In this document: positions 17,809 to 26,490 of the stretch, one piece after another | How the letters are laid out: each line of letters begins with the position of its first letter | Position numbering within the stretch: the first letter of the stretch is position 1 | Assembly: GCA_029781975.1 (NCBI GenBank) | Contig: JAKOVQ010000014.1 | Location: 283,864-347,863 of the forward strand | Length of the DNA stretch: 64,000 nucleotides | DNA from: Acidobacteriota bacterium | Lineage (GTDB): Bacteria > Acidobacteriota > Thermoanaerobaculia > UBA5066 | Direction: 5' to 3' | Translations under genes and position numbers: made by a program | The notes under the pieces: generated by a model | Seen by the model: the letters and a program-made list of their open reading frames with translations, nothing else | What the model was told of the DNA's origin: nothing | Databases searched by the model: none

Positions 17809-18429
17809 GTGACAAGAACGCCGCCCCGCAGCGTCTTCTCTACGATGGACGCCGTGGCTGCCGCCGCCGGGATCCCGATCCCCGCCCGGGAGGAGTCGTG
17901 GGGGGACGCCCTCCGCGCCCCGTTCGCGGCTCTGGCGGCCGGAGACGTGTCGGCCCTCGAGACGGTCTGGGAGATCGCCTCGCGGCGCCTCTACGGCCTC
18001 GCCCTCTGGCGGACGGGGTGCGCGGAGGACGCGCGAGACGTCGTCCAGGAGGTCTTCGTGAGGCTCGCCAGCCGCCGGCACGAGCTGGGCGCCGTCGCCT
18101 CGCCGCACGTCTGGCTCCTCGCCGTGGCGCACCACGCCGCGGTGGACGTGGCGCGCCGCCGATCGCGTCGGCGGACCGGGCCGCTCGAGGATGCCGCCCA
18201 CGTCGCCGCGCCCGCCGGCGAGCCCGAGCGGGCCGTCGAGGCCTCGCGGCTGTCCCTCCTCCTCGCCCGGCTCCCCGCCGCGCAGCGCGAAGCGGTCTCC
18301 CTCCGGCACGTGGCCGGCTGCTCGCTTCGCGAGGTCGCGGCGATCACGGGAGTCCCCCTCTTCACCGCCGCGAGCCGGTGCCGGCTCGGCCTCGCGCGCC
18401 TGCGCCGGATGATGGAAGGATCCCGATGA
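17809..18429 (+). CDS. ECF-subfamily RNA polymerase sigma-70 factor
   Basis: 206-aa ORF with sigma region 2 (DVVQEVFVRL) and region 4 HTH (REAVSLRHVAGCSLREVAAITG). Confidence 0.8.
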   Translation: MTRTPPRSVFSTMDAVAAAAGIPIPAREESWGDALRAPFAALAAGDVSALETVWEIASRRLYGLALWRTGCAEDARDVVQEVFVRLASRRHELGAVASPHVWLLAVAHHAAVDVARRRSRRRTGPLEDAAHVAAPAGEPERAVEASRLSLLLARLPAAQREAVSLRHVAGCSLREVAAITGVPLFTAASRCRLGLARLRRMMEGSR

Positions 18430-18794
18430 GCGACGCCCCTCCCGACCCCGACCTCTCCGCCCTCGAGCCGCCGCCCCCGCCGCCCGGCCTGCGCGAGGCC
18501 GCGCTCTCGGCCGCGAGGGCCGCGCTCGCCTCCACGCCCGCAGCCGCGCCCGCGCCCGACCTCTGGACACGGCTCCTCGCGAGCCCGGCGGCGCGCCTCG
18601 CCTGGGCCGCCGCGGTCGCCCTCCTCGTCGCGGCCAACGTCCTCCTCCCGTCTCCCGGGCGTAGCCCGGCTTCCGCAGCTTCTTCATCGACCACGACGGC
18701 CGCCTCCTCCCCCGACCCGGAGCTGGCCACCATCGCGCGGCTCCCGCGCATCGACGACCGCTCGCTCCCCCCCCTACCCGGAGGCCCGTCATGA
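18426..18794 (+). CDS. putative single-pass anti-sigma factor (Pro-rich N-terminus, one TM helix)
   Basis: ATG 18426 overlaps sigma stop (ATGA); 122 aa; TM segment LAWAAAVALLVAANVLL; genomic context. Confidence 0.5.
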   Translation: MSDAPPDPDLSALEPPPPPPGLREAALSAARAALASTPAAAPAPDLWTRLLASPAARLAWAAAVALLVAANVLLPSPGRSPASAASSSTTTAASSPDPELATIARLPRIDDRSLPPLPGGPS

Positions 18795-19879
18795 ACCGCT
18801 CCCGCACGATCGTCCTCGCCGCCGTCGCCCTCGTCGTCCTCCTCGCCGGCACGCTCGGAGTCCGGCTCCTGGGACGGGAGACTGCGAGCGCTTCGAAGCC
18901 TGCCCCCGCGCGCCTCGCGCGGTTCGAAGGGGCGCCGCTCCCCGCGAGGGTGCCGGATCCGAAGCCGGCCGCATCGCTGTCCGTCCCCTGCTGGGGCTGC
19001 CCCGGGAGCGACGGCTGGCCCGTGAGGTTCCGGACCGACCTCGACCTCCTCGCCCCTCTCGGCGACGGCGAAGGGAACGCGGCGCTCTGGCTGAAGGACT
19101 TTGCGAGGCAGGTCGGAGCGCGCGAGGCCGAGGTCGACGCGGCGATGAAGCGCCGCGTCGACGCTCCGGGGGGCCTCGGCAAGGTCCTCCCGGCCGACGA
19201 CCCGATCCTCCTGGAGGCCGAGCCGTGGGCCGACCGGGCGACGATGCGCTTCTACCCGGACGTCTTCCCGATCGAGGGGTTCGAGACCCGGATCCCCAAC
19301 CTCCTCCTCTCGCTGACGCTCGCGAAGTCGTGGGTGGCCCGGGCGGCGGCGCATCCGGGCTCCGCGACGGCGGTCGAGGACTGCCGGCGCTCCATCCGCT
19401 GGGGCCGGCTCCTCCGCCAGGACGACACGACCGTCATCCAGGACCTCGTCGGGCTCGCCTGCATCCGGATCGGCGCCCAGGGGCTCTACGACCTCGCGGC
19501 GCGTCGCGGGGACCAGCCCCTGATGCTCGTCTCGGCCATCGTCCTCGGCGAGCACGCGCCCCAGCGGCTGCGGACGGCCCAGGTCATGACGAAGCTCGAC
19601 GTGATCGGGGCCGCGGGCAGCGCCGAGGTGACCGACCGGAAGGTCGACGACGCCGTCTCGACGGCGACCGGCTCCCCGGACCGCCGCTTCCGCGGGGAGG
19701 CGATCCTCCAGCTGGCGATCGTCCGCTCCGCGGGAAGCTCCGCCCAGCGGAGCCGGGCGGAGAAGGTCCTCGACGAGCTCGCGGCCTCCCCGGATCCCGT
19801 GACCTCGGCGTGCGCCCGCTGGGCGCCCGCCGCGAAGCTGGGCCCCGGGGAGCTCGAGAAGCTCGCCGGTCCGGACTGA
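18791..19879 (+). CDS. hypothetical exported protein, third gene of the ECF sigma operon
   Basis: ATG 18791 overlaps anti-sigma stop (ATGA); N-terminal signal/TM helix; 362 aa. Confidence 0.55.
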   Translation: MNRSRTIVLAAVALVVLLAGTLGVRLLGRETASASKPAPARLARFEGAPLPARVPDPKPAASLSVPCWGCPGSDGWPVRFRTDLDLLAPLGDGEGNAALWLKDFARQVGAREAEVDAAMKRRVDAPGGLGKVLPADDPILLEAEPWADRATMRFYPDVFPIEGFETRIPNLLLSLTLAKSWVARAAAHPGSATAVEDCRRSIRWGRLLRQDDTTVIQDLVGLACIRIGAQGLYDLAARRGDQPLMLVSAIVLGEHAPQRLRTAQVMTKLDVIGAAGSAEVTDRKVDDAVSTATGSPDRRFRGEAILQLAIVRSAGSSAQRSRAEKVLDELAASPDPVTSACARWAPAAKLGPGELEKLAGPD

Positions 19880-19941
19880 GCGGCGGCGCGCGCGCGCCGG
19901 CGTAGGATCGGCGAGCCGGCGGAAGCCGGGCGCGAGGGAAC

Positions 19942-20757
19942 GTGCAGTACCACGTCGGGATCGTCCTGTCCGGGGGAGGGAGCCGCGGGCTCGCCCACAT
20001 CGGGGTCCTGGCGGCCCTGCGCGAGAACGGCATCGAGCCCGAGGCCGTCTCGGGGACGAGCGCGGGCGCTCTCGTCGGGGCGCTCTACGCGGCCGGCTAC
20101 TCGACCGGGGAGATGTTCGAGTTCTTCGTGAGGAAGAGCCCGTTCCGCCCGTCGCGGCTCGCGCTCCGCAAGCCGGGCTTCGTCGACACCGACAAGGTCG
20201 TCGCGGACTTCCGCGAGTACTTCCCCGACGACTCCTTCGAGGCGCTCGGGCGGCGCCTCTTCGTGACCGCCACCGACCTCGTCCGCGGCCGGCGCGAGGT
20301 CTTCACCTCCGGGCCGCTCATCCGCCCGATCGTCGCCTCCTCGACCGTACCCCTCGTCTTCACTCCGACCGGGGTCGGAGGCCGGCTCTTCGTCGACGGC
20401 GGGATCATCGACAACTTCCCCGTCGACCCCCTCCTCGGGCTCTGCGACGTCATCCTCGGCATCTACGCGAGCCCCCTCCGGTCGTCGGAGCCCTCGGAGC
20501 TGACGAGCGCGCTCGCCGTCTCCCAGCGTGCCCTCGAGATCGGGATGTTCCACAACTCGCGGCGCAACTTCCACAAGTGCGACATCCTCCTCTCTCCCCC
20601 GGCGCTCGCAGGCCAGCCCACCTTCGCGCTGAAGCAGAGCCCCGCCCTCGTCGAGATCGGCCGTGCGGCCGCCCTCGAGCGGATGGACGAGATCCGGGAG
20701 CTCGTCACGCGCGGGGGACCGCCCGGGACGCGGGTCCCGGGAGCGGGCGGGCGCTGA
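19942..20757 (+). CDS. patatin-like phospholipase
   Basis: 271-aa ORF; GGGSRG oxyanion motif, GTSAG nucleophile elbow, DGG catalytic Asp. Confidence 0.8.
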   Translation: MQYHVGIVLSGGGSRGLAHIGVLAALRENGIEPEAVSGTSAGALVGALYAAGYSTGEMFEFFVRKSPFRPSRLALRKPGFVDTDKVVADFREYFPDDSFEALGRRLFVTATDLVRGRREVFTSGPLIRPIVASSTVPLVFTPTGVGGRLFVDGGIIDNFPVDPLLGLCDVILGIYASPLRSSEPSELTSALAVSQRALEIGMFHNSRRNFHKCDILLSPPALAGQPTFALKQSPALVEIGRAAALERMDEIRELVTRGGPPGTRVPGAGGR

Positions 20758-20767
20758 CGCCCGCCGC

Positions 20768-21253
20768 TCAGTGCCGCGTCTGCATCCGCGCGATGGCGCG
20801 CGCGGCCTGGAGGACCCCGGCGAAGACCACGTCCTTGTCGTGCGTGGCGCCGCCGATCCGGAGCTTCACCGGCACGGGAAGGGGACCCGCTCCCTCGCGC
20901 CACGGCCGGAACAGAGCGTTGAGCTGCTGGACCTTCCGGGCGCACACGATCGCGTCGGCCTCGAAGAGGAGGATGACGAACTCGTCCTCCTCCCACCGGA
21001 AGACGTGGTCGGTCTCGCGGACGCTCGACTGGAGGTGCTTGGCGGCCTGGGCGAGGACCTCGTCGGCGACCTGCGGGTCGTTGCGCCTCGTCTCGGCGTC
21101 GCTCACGACGACGACCGAGAGGACGGAGAGGGCGATGTCGTGGCGGCGGGAGCGCTCGAGCTCGCGCCCGATGATCTCGTCGAAGTAGTCGCGGGCGTAG
21201 AGCCCGGTGACCAGGTCGCGGATCCCCGTCTCGCCGCCCATCCGGCGCGCCAT
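20768..21253 (-). CDS. stand-alone degenerate GGDEF-domain protein (EEDEF in place of GGDEF, RxxD I-site retained)
   Basis: 161-aa ORF; DLVTGLYARDYF...FRWEEDEFVILL matches GGDEF fold; RETD immediately upstream of the degenerate motif. Confidence 0.6.
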   Translation of the reverse strand: MARRMGGETGIRDLVTGLYARDYFDEIIGRELERSRRHDIALSVLSVVVVSDAETRRNDPQVADEVLAQAAKHLQSSVRETDHVFRWEEDEFVILLFEADAIVCARKVQQLNALFRPWREGAGPLPVPVKLRIGGATHDKDVVFAGVLQAARAIARMQTRH

Positions 21254-21254
21254 C

Positions 21255-21710
21255 TTAGCAGCCGAGGAGCGCGAGGGCCTCCGACAGGCTCGCTCCGTCC
21301 GGGAGCCCGACGAGCCCCGGAACGCGGCTCCTGAGCGCCGCGAGCCGCTGCGGCTCGACGTCGAGGTCGTACGCGAGGACGACCGGGATCCCGGGCGGGA
21401 GGGCGGGCGCGAGCGCGTCGAGGAGGTAGAACCCCTGGTTCTCCGCCAGGTGCCGGACGGCGCGCCGGCGGTCCCCGCCGAACCGCGCGATGAGCGAGGC
21501 GAGGTCCCCCGCGAGCGCGTCCTCTCCGACCCGGTCGAAGACGACGTCGAGGAAGACCGCGTCCGGCGCCCCTCGCGCGAGGAGCGCGCGCGCCTCCGAG
21601 AGGCTCCCGGCCCGGACGAACCGGGCGCCTTCCGCTTCCGCCGCCGGGGCGAGCCTCTCGAACGCCTCGAGGTACTCCGTCCCGTCCTCGACGAGGAGGA
21701 CGGTCCTCAC
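21255..21710 (-). CDS. stand-alone receiver (REC)-like domain protein
   Basis: GTG 21710 overlaps kinase stop (GTGA); VLLVEDG...AVFLDVVF pattern resembling CheY-like receiver. Confidence 0.45.
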   Translation of the reverse strand: MRTVLLVEDGTEYLEAFERLAPAAEAEGARFVRAGSLSEARALLARGAPDAVFLDVVFDRVGEDALAGDLASLIARFGGDRRRAVRHLAENQGFYLLDALAPALPPGIPVVLAYDLDVEPQRLAALRSRVPGLVGLPDGASLSEALALLGC

Positions 21711-24361
21711 GCCGTCCCCTCCAGCGCGGGGAGCTCGAGGACGACGGCCTTCTCCATCCCGCGGAGCGAGGCGGGCGGCGGACCGGCGGTCACGAGCCCC
21801 TCGTGCGCCCTCACGATGTCGGCCACGACGCCGAGCCCGCGCTCGGCCGCGCGTCCGTGGATCATCTCGGAGGTGAGCGGCCGCGGGACGTCGTCGGCCA
21901 GGACGAGGCGCGCGACCGCCTGCCCGGTCACCGGGTCGCGCGCCGCCTCGACGAGGAGCGCGAGGCGCGGAGGGCCCGACCGCGCATCGCGCGCGGCGTC
22001 GAGCGCGTTCGCGAAGAGGTTCCGGAAGACCGTCGCGAGGTCGGCGCGCGGCACGCGGACGCGCAGGCCGTCGGGCGCCGTCACCTCGAAGGGAGGGACG
22101 GGGACGCCGCGCTCGGAGGCGGCCGCCGCGAGGAGGCGCGCGATCTCGTCCGGCACGACGGGGGTCGCGGTCGCCTCGTCGAGGAGGCGTCCCAGGTGCG
22201 CGCCCGCCGCGGGGCTCATCCCCTGCGCGGCCCGCTCCAGCGCCTGGACGACGGCGTCGACCGCGCGCCGGCCCGCCCTCTCGGGGTCGGAGGCGAGGGC
22301 GCGGAGGGGGCCCCGGACCCTCTCGAGGCCGCGAAGCGCGGCCCCGAGCGGGGCCAGGACCGGGTCCTTGTACCTCGCGTTCAGCGTCACGCCCCGCTCC
22401 CGCGCCGACGCGACGAGGGAGTCGAGGGTCCGCCTCGACTCGGCGACGAGCCCGCCGGTGCCGGCGGGAGCGGCTGGAGCACCTGCCGCGCCGGTCCCGC
22501 CTCCCGGCCTCCCGTCCCCTTCCGCCTCCCCGAAGAGGCGGTGGAGGAGGAGCCCCGCGGCGTCGCGGCGCGCCGCCTCGTCGCCGTCCCTCAGCCGGCG
22601 GGCCGCGTCGCGCAGGAGGAGGCCGCCGTGCTTGAGCGTCTCGTGGCGGAGCCGCCCGACGAGCGGCCGGACGGCGACCGCGTCCGCGGGCGCCTTCCCG
22701 AGCCATCCGGAGAGCGTGGTGCCGCGCCGGCGGGGGACGACGAGAGCCAGGGGGACGAGGATCGCGGCCAGCGTCGCCGTGGCGGCGACGGCCGCGAGCC
22801 TCTGGCGGTCTCTCCGCCAGGCCGAGAGGTACCGTTCGGCCTCCTCGGCGCCCGCGGAGTCCGGCGCCTCGACGAGGAGCCGGGCGTAGAGGCGCCGCGC
22901 CTCGGCGTCGTCGCCCCGCCCGTCGGCGAGCCGCGCGAGGACCGCGAGCGCCTCGCGCGACCCGGTCCGCTCCGCCTCGCGCCACGCGGCCTCCGCCTCG
23001 GCGCCGCGGCCCGGCTCCTCCGAGAGGAGGCGGGCCAGCCTCTCGCGGGGCGTGGCGCGCGACGGGTCCGCCGCGATCGAGCGGCGGAGCGCCGCCTCGG
23101 CGCCGGGGCGGTCGCCGCGCCGCTCGAGAATCGTGGCCGACAGGTCGTGCGCGAGGGCGAAGCCGGGGTCGAGCCGCTCGGCCTCGGAGAGGGCGGCGAG
23201 CGCGTCGTGCTCCGACGCCACGTCGCCGCGCGCGAGATAGACCTGCGCGAGCCTGTACGACGGGAGGGCGGGAGAGGCGGAGTCGAGCGGGGCCGAGTCG
23301 GCCTCCGCGGGGGCAGGCGGCGCGCTCCCGGCGCTCAGGCGCAGGCGAAGCCGCTGCGCCAGCGCGTCGGTCGCGCGCCTCTCCCGGGCCGGCACGCGCG
23401 CGCGATAGGCGTCCAGCCGGTCGAGGGCGCGCGCGGCGTCGCCCCACTCGGCCCACCGCTCCGCCGCCGTCAGCCACGGACGCGCCGGCTCGGGGCGGAC
23501 GACGAGGGCGTGCTCGAGGAGCCGGAGCGACTCCTCCTTCAGCGACCGGTCCGGCTCCTCCCAGAGGAGCGAGGAGAGGGGGAGGAGCGCCTCGACCCGG
23601 TCCGGCTCGGCCGCCAGCGCCTCGCGGTACGCGGCGATCGCCTCCTGCGCCCGCCCCGCCCCCGCCTCGAGGCCCCCGAGGGCGAGGGCGGCCGCGGAGT
23701 AGCCGGGCGAGAGGGCGAGGGCGTGGGAGAGGAGCCTCCGCGCCCCGTCCCGGTCCCCGCGCGCCAGGGCGTCCTTCCCCTCGGCGAAGGCGCGCCGCGC
23801 CGCGCGCGTCGGCGGCGGGAACGAGGGGACGGCGATCTTCCGGGCCTCCTCCTCGGCGACGAGCCGCTTCATCCGCTCCTCCAGCGAGGCCGGCACGCCT
23901 CGCGCCAGGAGGGCGTAGCGCCGGTAGGCGAGGAGCGCCGTCCGCGGGTCGTTCCGCGCCTCGGCGTCGCGGGCGACGAGGAGCCACTCGTCCCGGCCGA
24001 GCCTCTGCGGGATCCGTGCGGCAGCCTCGCGGGCGAGGACGGTGGCTTCGGCCTCGTCCCCGGCGAGGACCGCCAGGTCGAGCGCCCGGAAGAGGAGGTC
24101 GTCGGAGCCGGAGAGGGCGCGTGCCAGCCGGACGAGCTGCCGCGCCCTCACGAGGCGGTCGGGGTCCTCCGTCGCCGGGAGGCGGAGGACCTCCTCCGCC
24201 TCGGCCGCCAGCGTGTCGGCGCACGACTCCTGGGCCCGCGCGGGGCGGGCGGGCACGACGAGCGCGGCGGCGAGGACGAAGGCCATGACGAAGGCGGCCG
24301 GGGCGACGCCGGCCGGGACGAGCCGTCGGGCTCGCGTCCGCGCGCCGTCGGGCCGCCCCAT
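21707..24361 (-). CDS. sensor kinase-like protein: signal peptide, periplasmic TPR-repeat region, TM helix, C-terminal HATPase_c domain
   Basis: ATG 24361 in frame of ORF 21707..25879; many TPR-like A/L/R-rich repeats; TM (LAAVAATATLAAILVPLALVV); HATPase N, G1 and G2 boxes (RNLFANALDA, DDVPRPL, GLGVVADIV); H-box is non-canonical (RHETLKHGG). Confidence 0.68.
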   Translation of the reverse strand: MGRPDGARTRARRLVPAGVAPAAFVMAFVLAAALVVPARPARAQESCADTLAAEAEEVLRLPATEDPDRLVRARQLVRLARALSGSDDLLFRALDLAVLAGDEAEATVLAREAAARIPQRLGRDEWLLVARDAEARNDPRTALLAYRRYALLARGVPASLEERMKRLVAEEEARKIAVPSFPPPTRAARRAFAEGKDALARGDRDGARRLLSHALALSPGYSAAALALGGLEAGAGRAQEAIAAYREALAAEPDRVEALLPLSSLLWEEPDRSLKEESLRLLEHALVVRPEPARPWLTAAERWAEWGDAARALDRLDAYRARVPARERRATDALAQRLRLRLSAGSAPPAPAEADSAPLDSASPALPSYRLAQVYLARGDVASEHDALAALSEAERLDPGFALAHDLSATILERRGDRPGAEAALRRSIAADPSRATPRERLARLLSEEPGRGAEAEAAWREAERTGSREALAVLARLADGRGDDAEARRLYARLLVEAPDSAGAEEAERYLSAWRRDRQRLAAVAATATLAAILVPLALVVPRRRGTTLSGWLGKAPADAVAVRPLVGRLRHETLKHGGLLLRDAARRLRDGDEAARRDAAGLLLHRLFGEAEGDGRPGGGTGAAGAPAAPAGTGGLVAESRRTLDSLVASARERGVTLNARYKDPVLAPLGAALRGLERVRGPLRALASDPERAGRRAVDAVVQALERAAQGMSPAAGAHLGRLLDEATATPVVPDEIARLLAAAASERGVPVPPFEVTAPDGLRVRVPRADLATVFRNLFANALDAARDARSGPPRLALLVEAARDPVTGQAVARLVLADDVPRPLTSEMIHGRAAERGLGVVADIVRAHEGLVTAGPPPASLRGMEKAVVLELPALEGTA

Positions 24362-24363
24362 GG

Positions 24364-26010
24364 TCAGCGCTCGGCGCGGGCCGAGAGCCCGAGACGGTTG
24401 AAGCGGAGGCGGACCGCGCGCTCCGCGCCCCGGCTGCCGAGCATCAGCTCGGCCATCCGGGCGAAGTCCCCCTCGGCCTCGCGGAAGAGGGCGCGCATCG
24501 CCTCCCTCTCGAGCTCGCGCCGGAACTCCTCGACGGAGGAGGCCCGCGGGAACGGGAGCGCGAGGCGCCTCTCGCGCGGGGCGCCGGCGTCGGCCTCGGC
24601 GAGGAGGTCGAAGAGGAGCCCGGGGTCGAGGGCGAAGACCGCGCGGGAGCGCCTGTCGACCCGCGGCCCGGACCCCGCGTAGATCGCGGCGGCCATCAGG
24701 TCGCCGAGGACCATCTCCAGCTGCCTCACGTTCCCCGGCCAGGGGTGGGCGAGGATCGCCTTCCACCCCTTGCGCGGGAGGACGAAGGCGACCGGGGCCT
24801 CGCACGAGGCGAGCGCCTCCTCGTCGAGGAGGAGGTCGAACGGCGCCCCGTCCGGAGGCTCCGGCGCGCCGGCCGCCCGGACGCGGGAGACGATCTGCCG
24901 CCGCGTCGACGGATCGCGGAACGTCCGGGCCGCCGTCTGGGCGGCGAGCCCCGGGAGGTCCTCGCGCCTCTCGGCGAGCGGCGGCAGCCGGAGCGCGAGG
25001 GCGGGGTTCAGGCGCATCAGGAGGTCGGCCCGGAAGCCGCCGTCGCGGGAGCGGGCGGCGAGGTCGACGTTCGCGGCGGCGACGACGCGCGCCTGGTGCG
25101 GCCTCTCCGCCGTCTCCCCCAGCCGCCTCACGACTCCGTCGTTCAGGGCCGTCAGGAGCGGCTTCTGGGCGTCGGGAGCGAGGTTCTCCACCTCGTCGAG
25201 GAAGAGAGTCCCCCCCGCCGCCGCCTCGAAGACGCCGGGGCGGTCGGTCACGGCCCCCGTGTAGGCGCCGCGGACGGCCCCGAAGAGCGCCGACGGCAGG
25301 AGCGTCTCGGGGACCGTCGCGCAGTCGAAGACGACGAGGGGCCCGCGCCGCCCCGAGAGCGGGTGGATCACCTCGCGGACGAGGAGGCCCTTCCCGGTCC
25401 CCGTCGGGCCCGTGACGAGGAGGGGCAGCGGCGTCGGCGCGAGGGCGGAGATCCGGTGGCGCAGCTCGCGCATCGCCGCGCTCCTCCCCCAGTAGAACCG
25501 TCCCGTCGCCGGAGGCGCCTCGCGGTCGGAGAGGACCCGGCGGACGAGCGCGACGAGCGACTCCCCCGCGTCCTCCTCCTCGCCGACGGCGTAGGTGAAG
25601 CCGTCGGCCCGGAGCTTGCGGGCCTCCTCCTCGAAGGGGATCTCCTCGTGCGCCGTCGTCAGGACCACCGGGAGGTCGGGGGCGATGCGGCGGATCCGCT
25701 CGAGGACGTAGAGCCCCTGCCGGTCGCGCCGCTCGCGCCGGAGCCTCCGTGCCGCCGCGTCGTCGCCGAGGGGCCTGCGGTCCGGGAGGAGGGCCTCGTC
25801 GGGGATCTCGAACGCCAGGTCGAGGACGACGGCGTCGACCCGGCCGGGGCGGGAGAGGACGGGCTCCGCCTCGTCCCACGAGGCCGCGTGCGGCTTCGGC
25901 GGGCTTCCCGCCGGGACGAGCGAGAGGTCCGGCGCGAGCCGGCCCAGGAGCTCGGCCGTCCGCGGCTGGTCGTCGACGACGAGGACGCGCCCCGCCCGGC
26001 TCCGGGTCAC
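24364..26010 (-). CDS. sigma-54-dependent response regulator (REC + AAA+ sigma54-interaction domain)
   Basis: 548-aa ORF (GTG start) with receiver D (VVLDL), Walker A GPTGTGKG, GAYTGA variant of the GAFTGA loop, Walker B FLDEVENL; C-terminal HTH weak. Confidence 0.85.
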   Translation of the reverse strand: MTRSRAGRVLVVDDQPRTAELLGRLAPDLSLVPAGSPPKPHAASWDEAEPVLSRPGRVDAVVLDLAFEIPDEALLPDRRPLGDDAAARRLRRERRDRQGLYVLERIRRIAPDLPVVLTTAHEEIPFEEEARKLRADGFTYAVGEEEDAGESLVALVRRVLSDREAPPATGRFYWGRSAAMRELRHRISALAPTPLPLLVTGPTGTGKGLLVREVIHPLSGRRGPLVVFDCATVPETLLPSALFGAVRGAYTGAVTDRPGVFEAAAGGTLFLDEVENLAPDAQKPLLTALNDGVVRRLGETAERPHQARVVAAANVDLAARSRDGGFRADLLMRLNPALALRLPPLAERREDLPGLAAQTAARTFRDPSTRRQIVSRVRAAGAPEPPDGAPFDLLLDEEALASCEAPVAFVLPRKGWKAILAHPWPGNVRQLEMVLGDLMAAAIYAGSGPRVDRRSRAVFALDPGLLFDLLAEADAGAPRERRLALPFPRASSVEEFRRELEREAMRALFREAEGDFARMAELMLGSRGAERAVRLRFNRLGLSARAER

Positions 26011-26420
26011 GCGCTCCCCCCGCCGCGCGCGAGGCGGAGGAGCTCGGAGGCGGCGCGCGCGACGTCGCGCGTCGCCTCGTCGAGGCGCGCCAGGTCGTTC
26101 CCGTCGAGGGCGGGGAGGCGCGGGAGGAGCGCGCGGACCCGCTCGACGCCCCGGGCGACGGCGTCGAGCGGCGCGCCGAGCCCCGCGCGCGCGAGGAGCT
26201 CCCCCTCCGCGGCGGCGACGGCGTCGAAGACCTCCGGGAGGGAGAGGGTCTTCCCCTCCGCCCGCCGCGCCCCGAGCAGGTCGCGCGCGAGCCGTTCGCG
26301 GAGGCGCTCGGCGTCGCCCTCGCTCTCCTTCGGGGCCGAGAAGCGGGCCGCCTTGCCGACGTCGTGCCTGACGCGGTAGGCGGCGGCGCGCACCTCGTCC
26401 GAGGTCGCCGGTTCGGTCAT
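26007..26420 (-). CDS. small alpha-helical protein, possibly HPt-like (RHDVGKAA motif)
   Basis: ATG 26420 in frame of ORF 26007..26600; stop overlaps regulator GTG start (GTGA); 137 aa. Confidence 0.4.
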   Translation of the reverse strand: MTEPATSDEVRAAAYRVRHDVGKAARFSAPKESEGDAERLRERLARDLLGARRAEGKTLSLPEVFDAVAAAEGELLARAGLGAPLDAVARGVERVRALLPRLPALDGNDLARLDEATRDVARAASELLRLARGGGSA

Positions 26421-26490
26421 CGGGGCGATTATCGGCCCACCCTCCGGGCGCGCCCGGCGTCGCCTCCGGCCTGCGGACGGCCGGCGCCCC

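Noticed and set aside
21255-25879. Plus-strand ORFs 21207..22889, 21803..24682 and 24745..26379, and the single 1390-aa minus ORF spanning several genes
   Set aside because: Composite or antisense frames. The real genes were resolved by internal start codons and GTGA/ATGA junctions.
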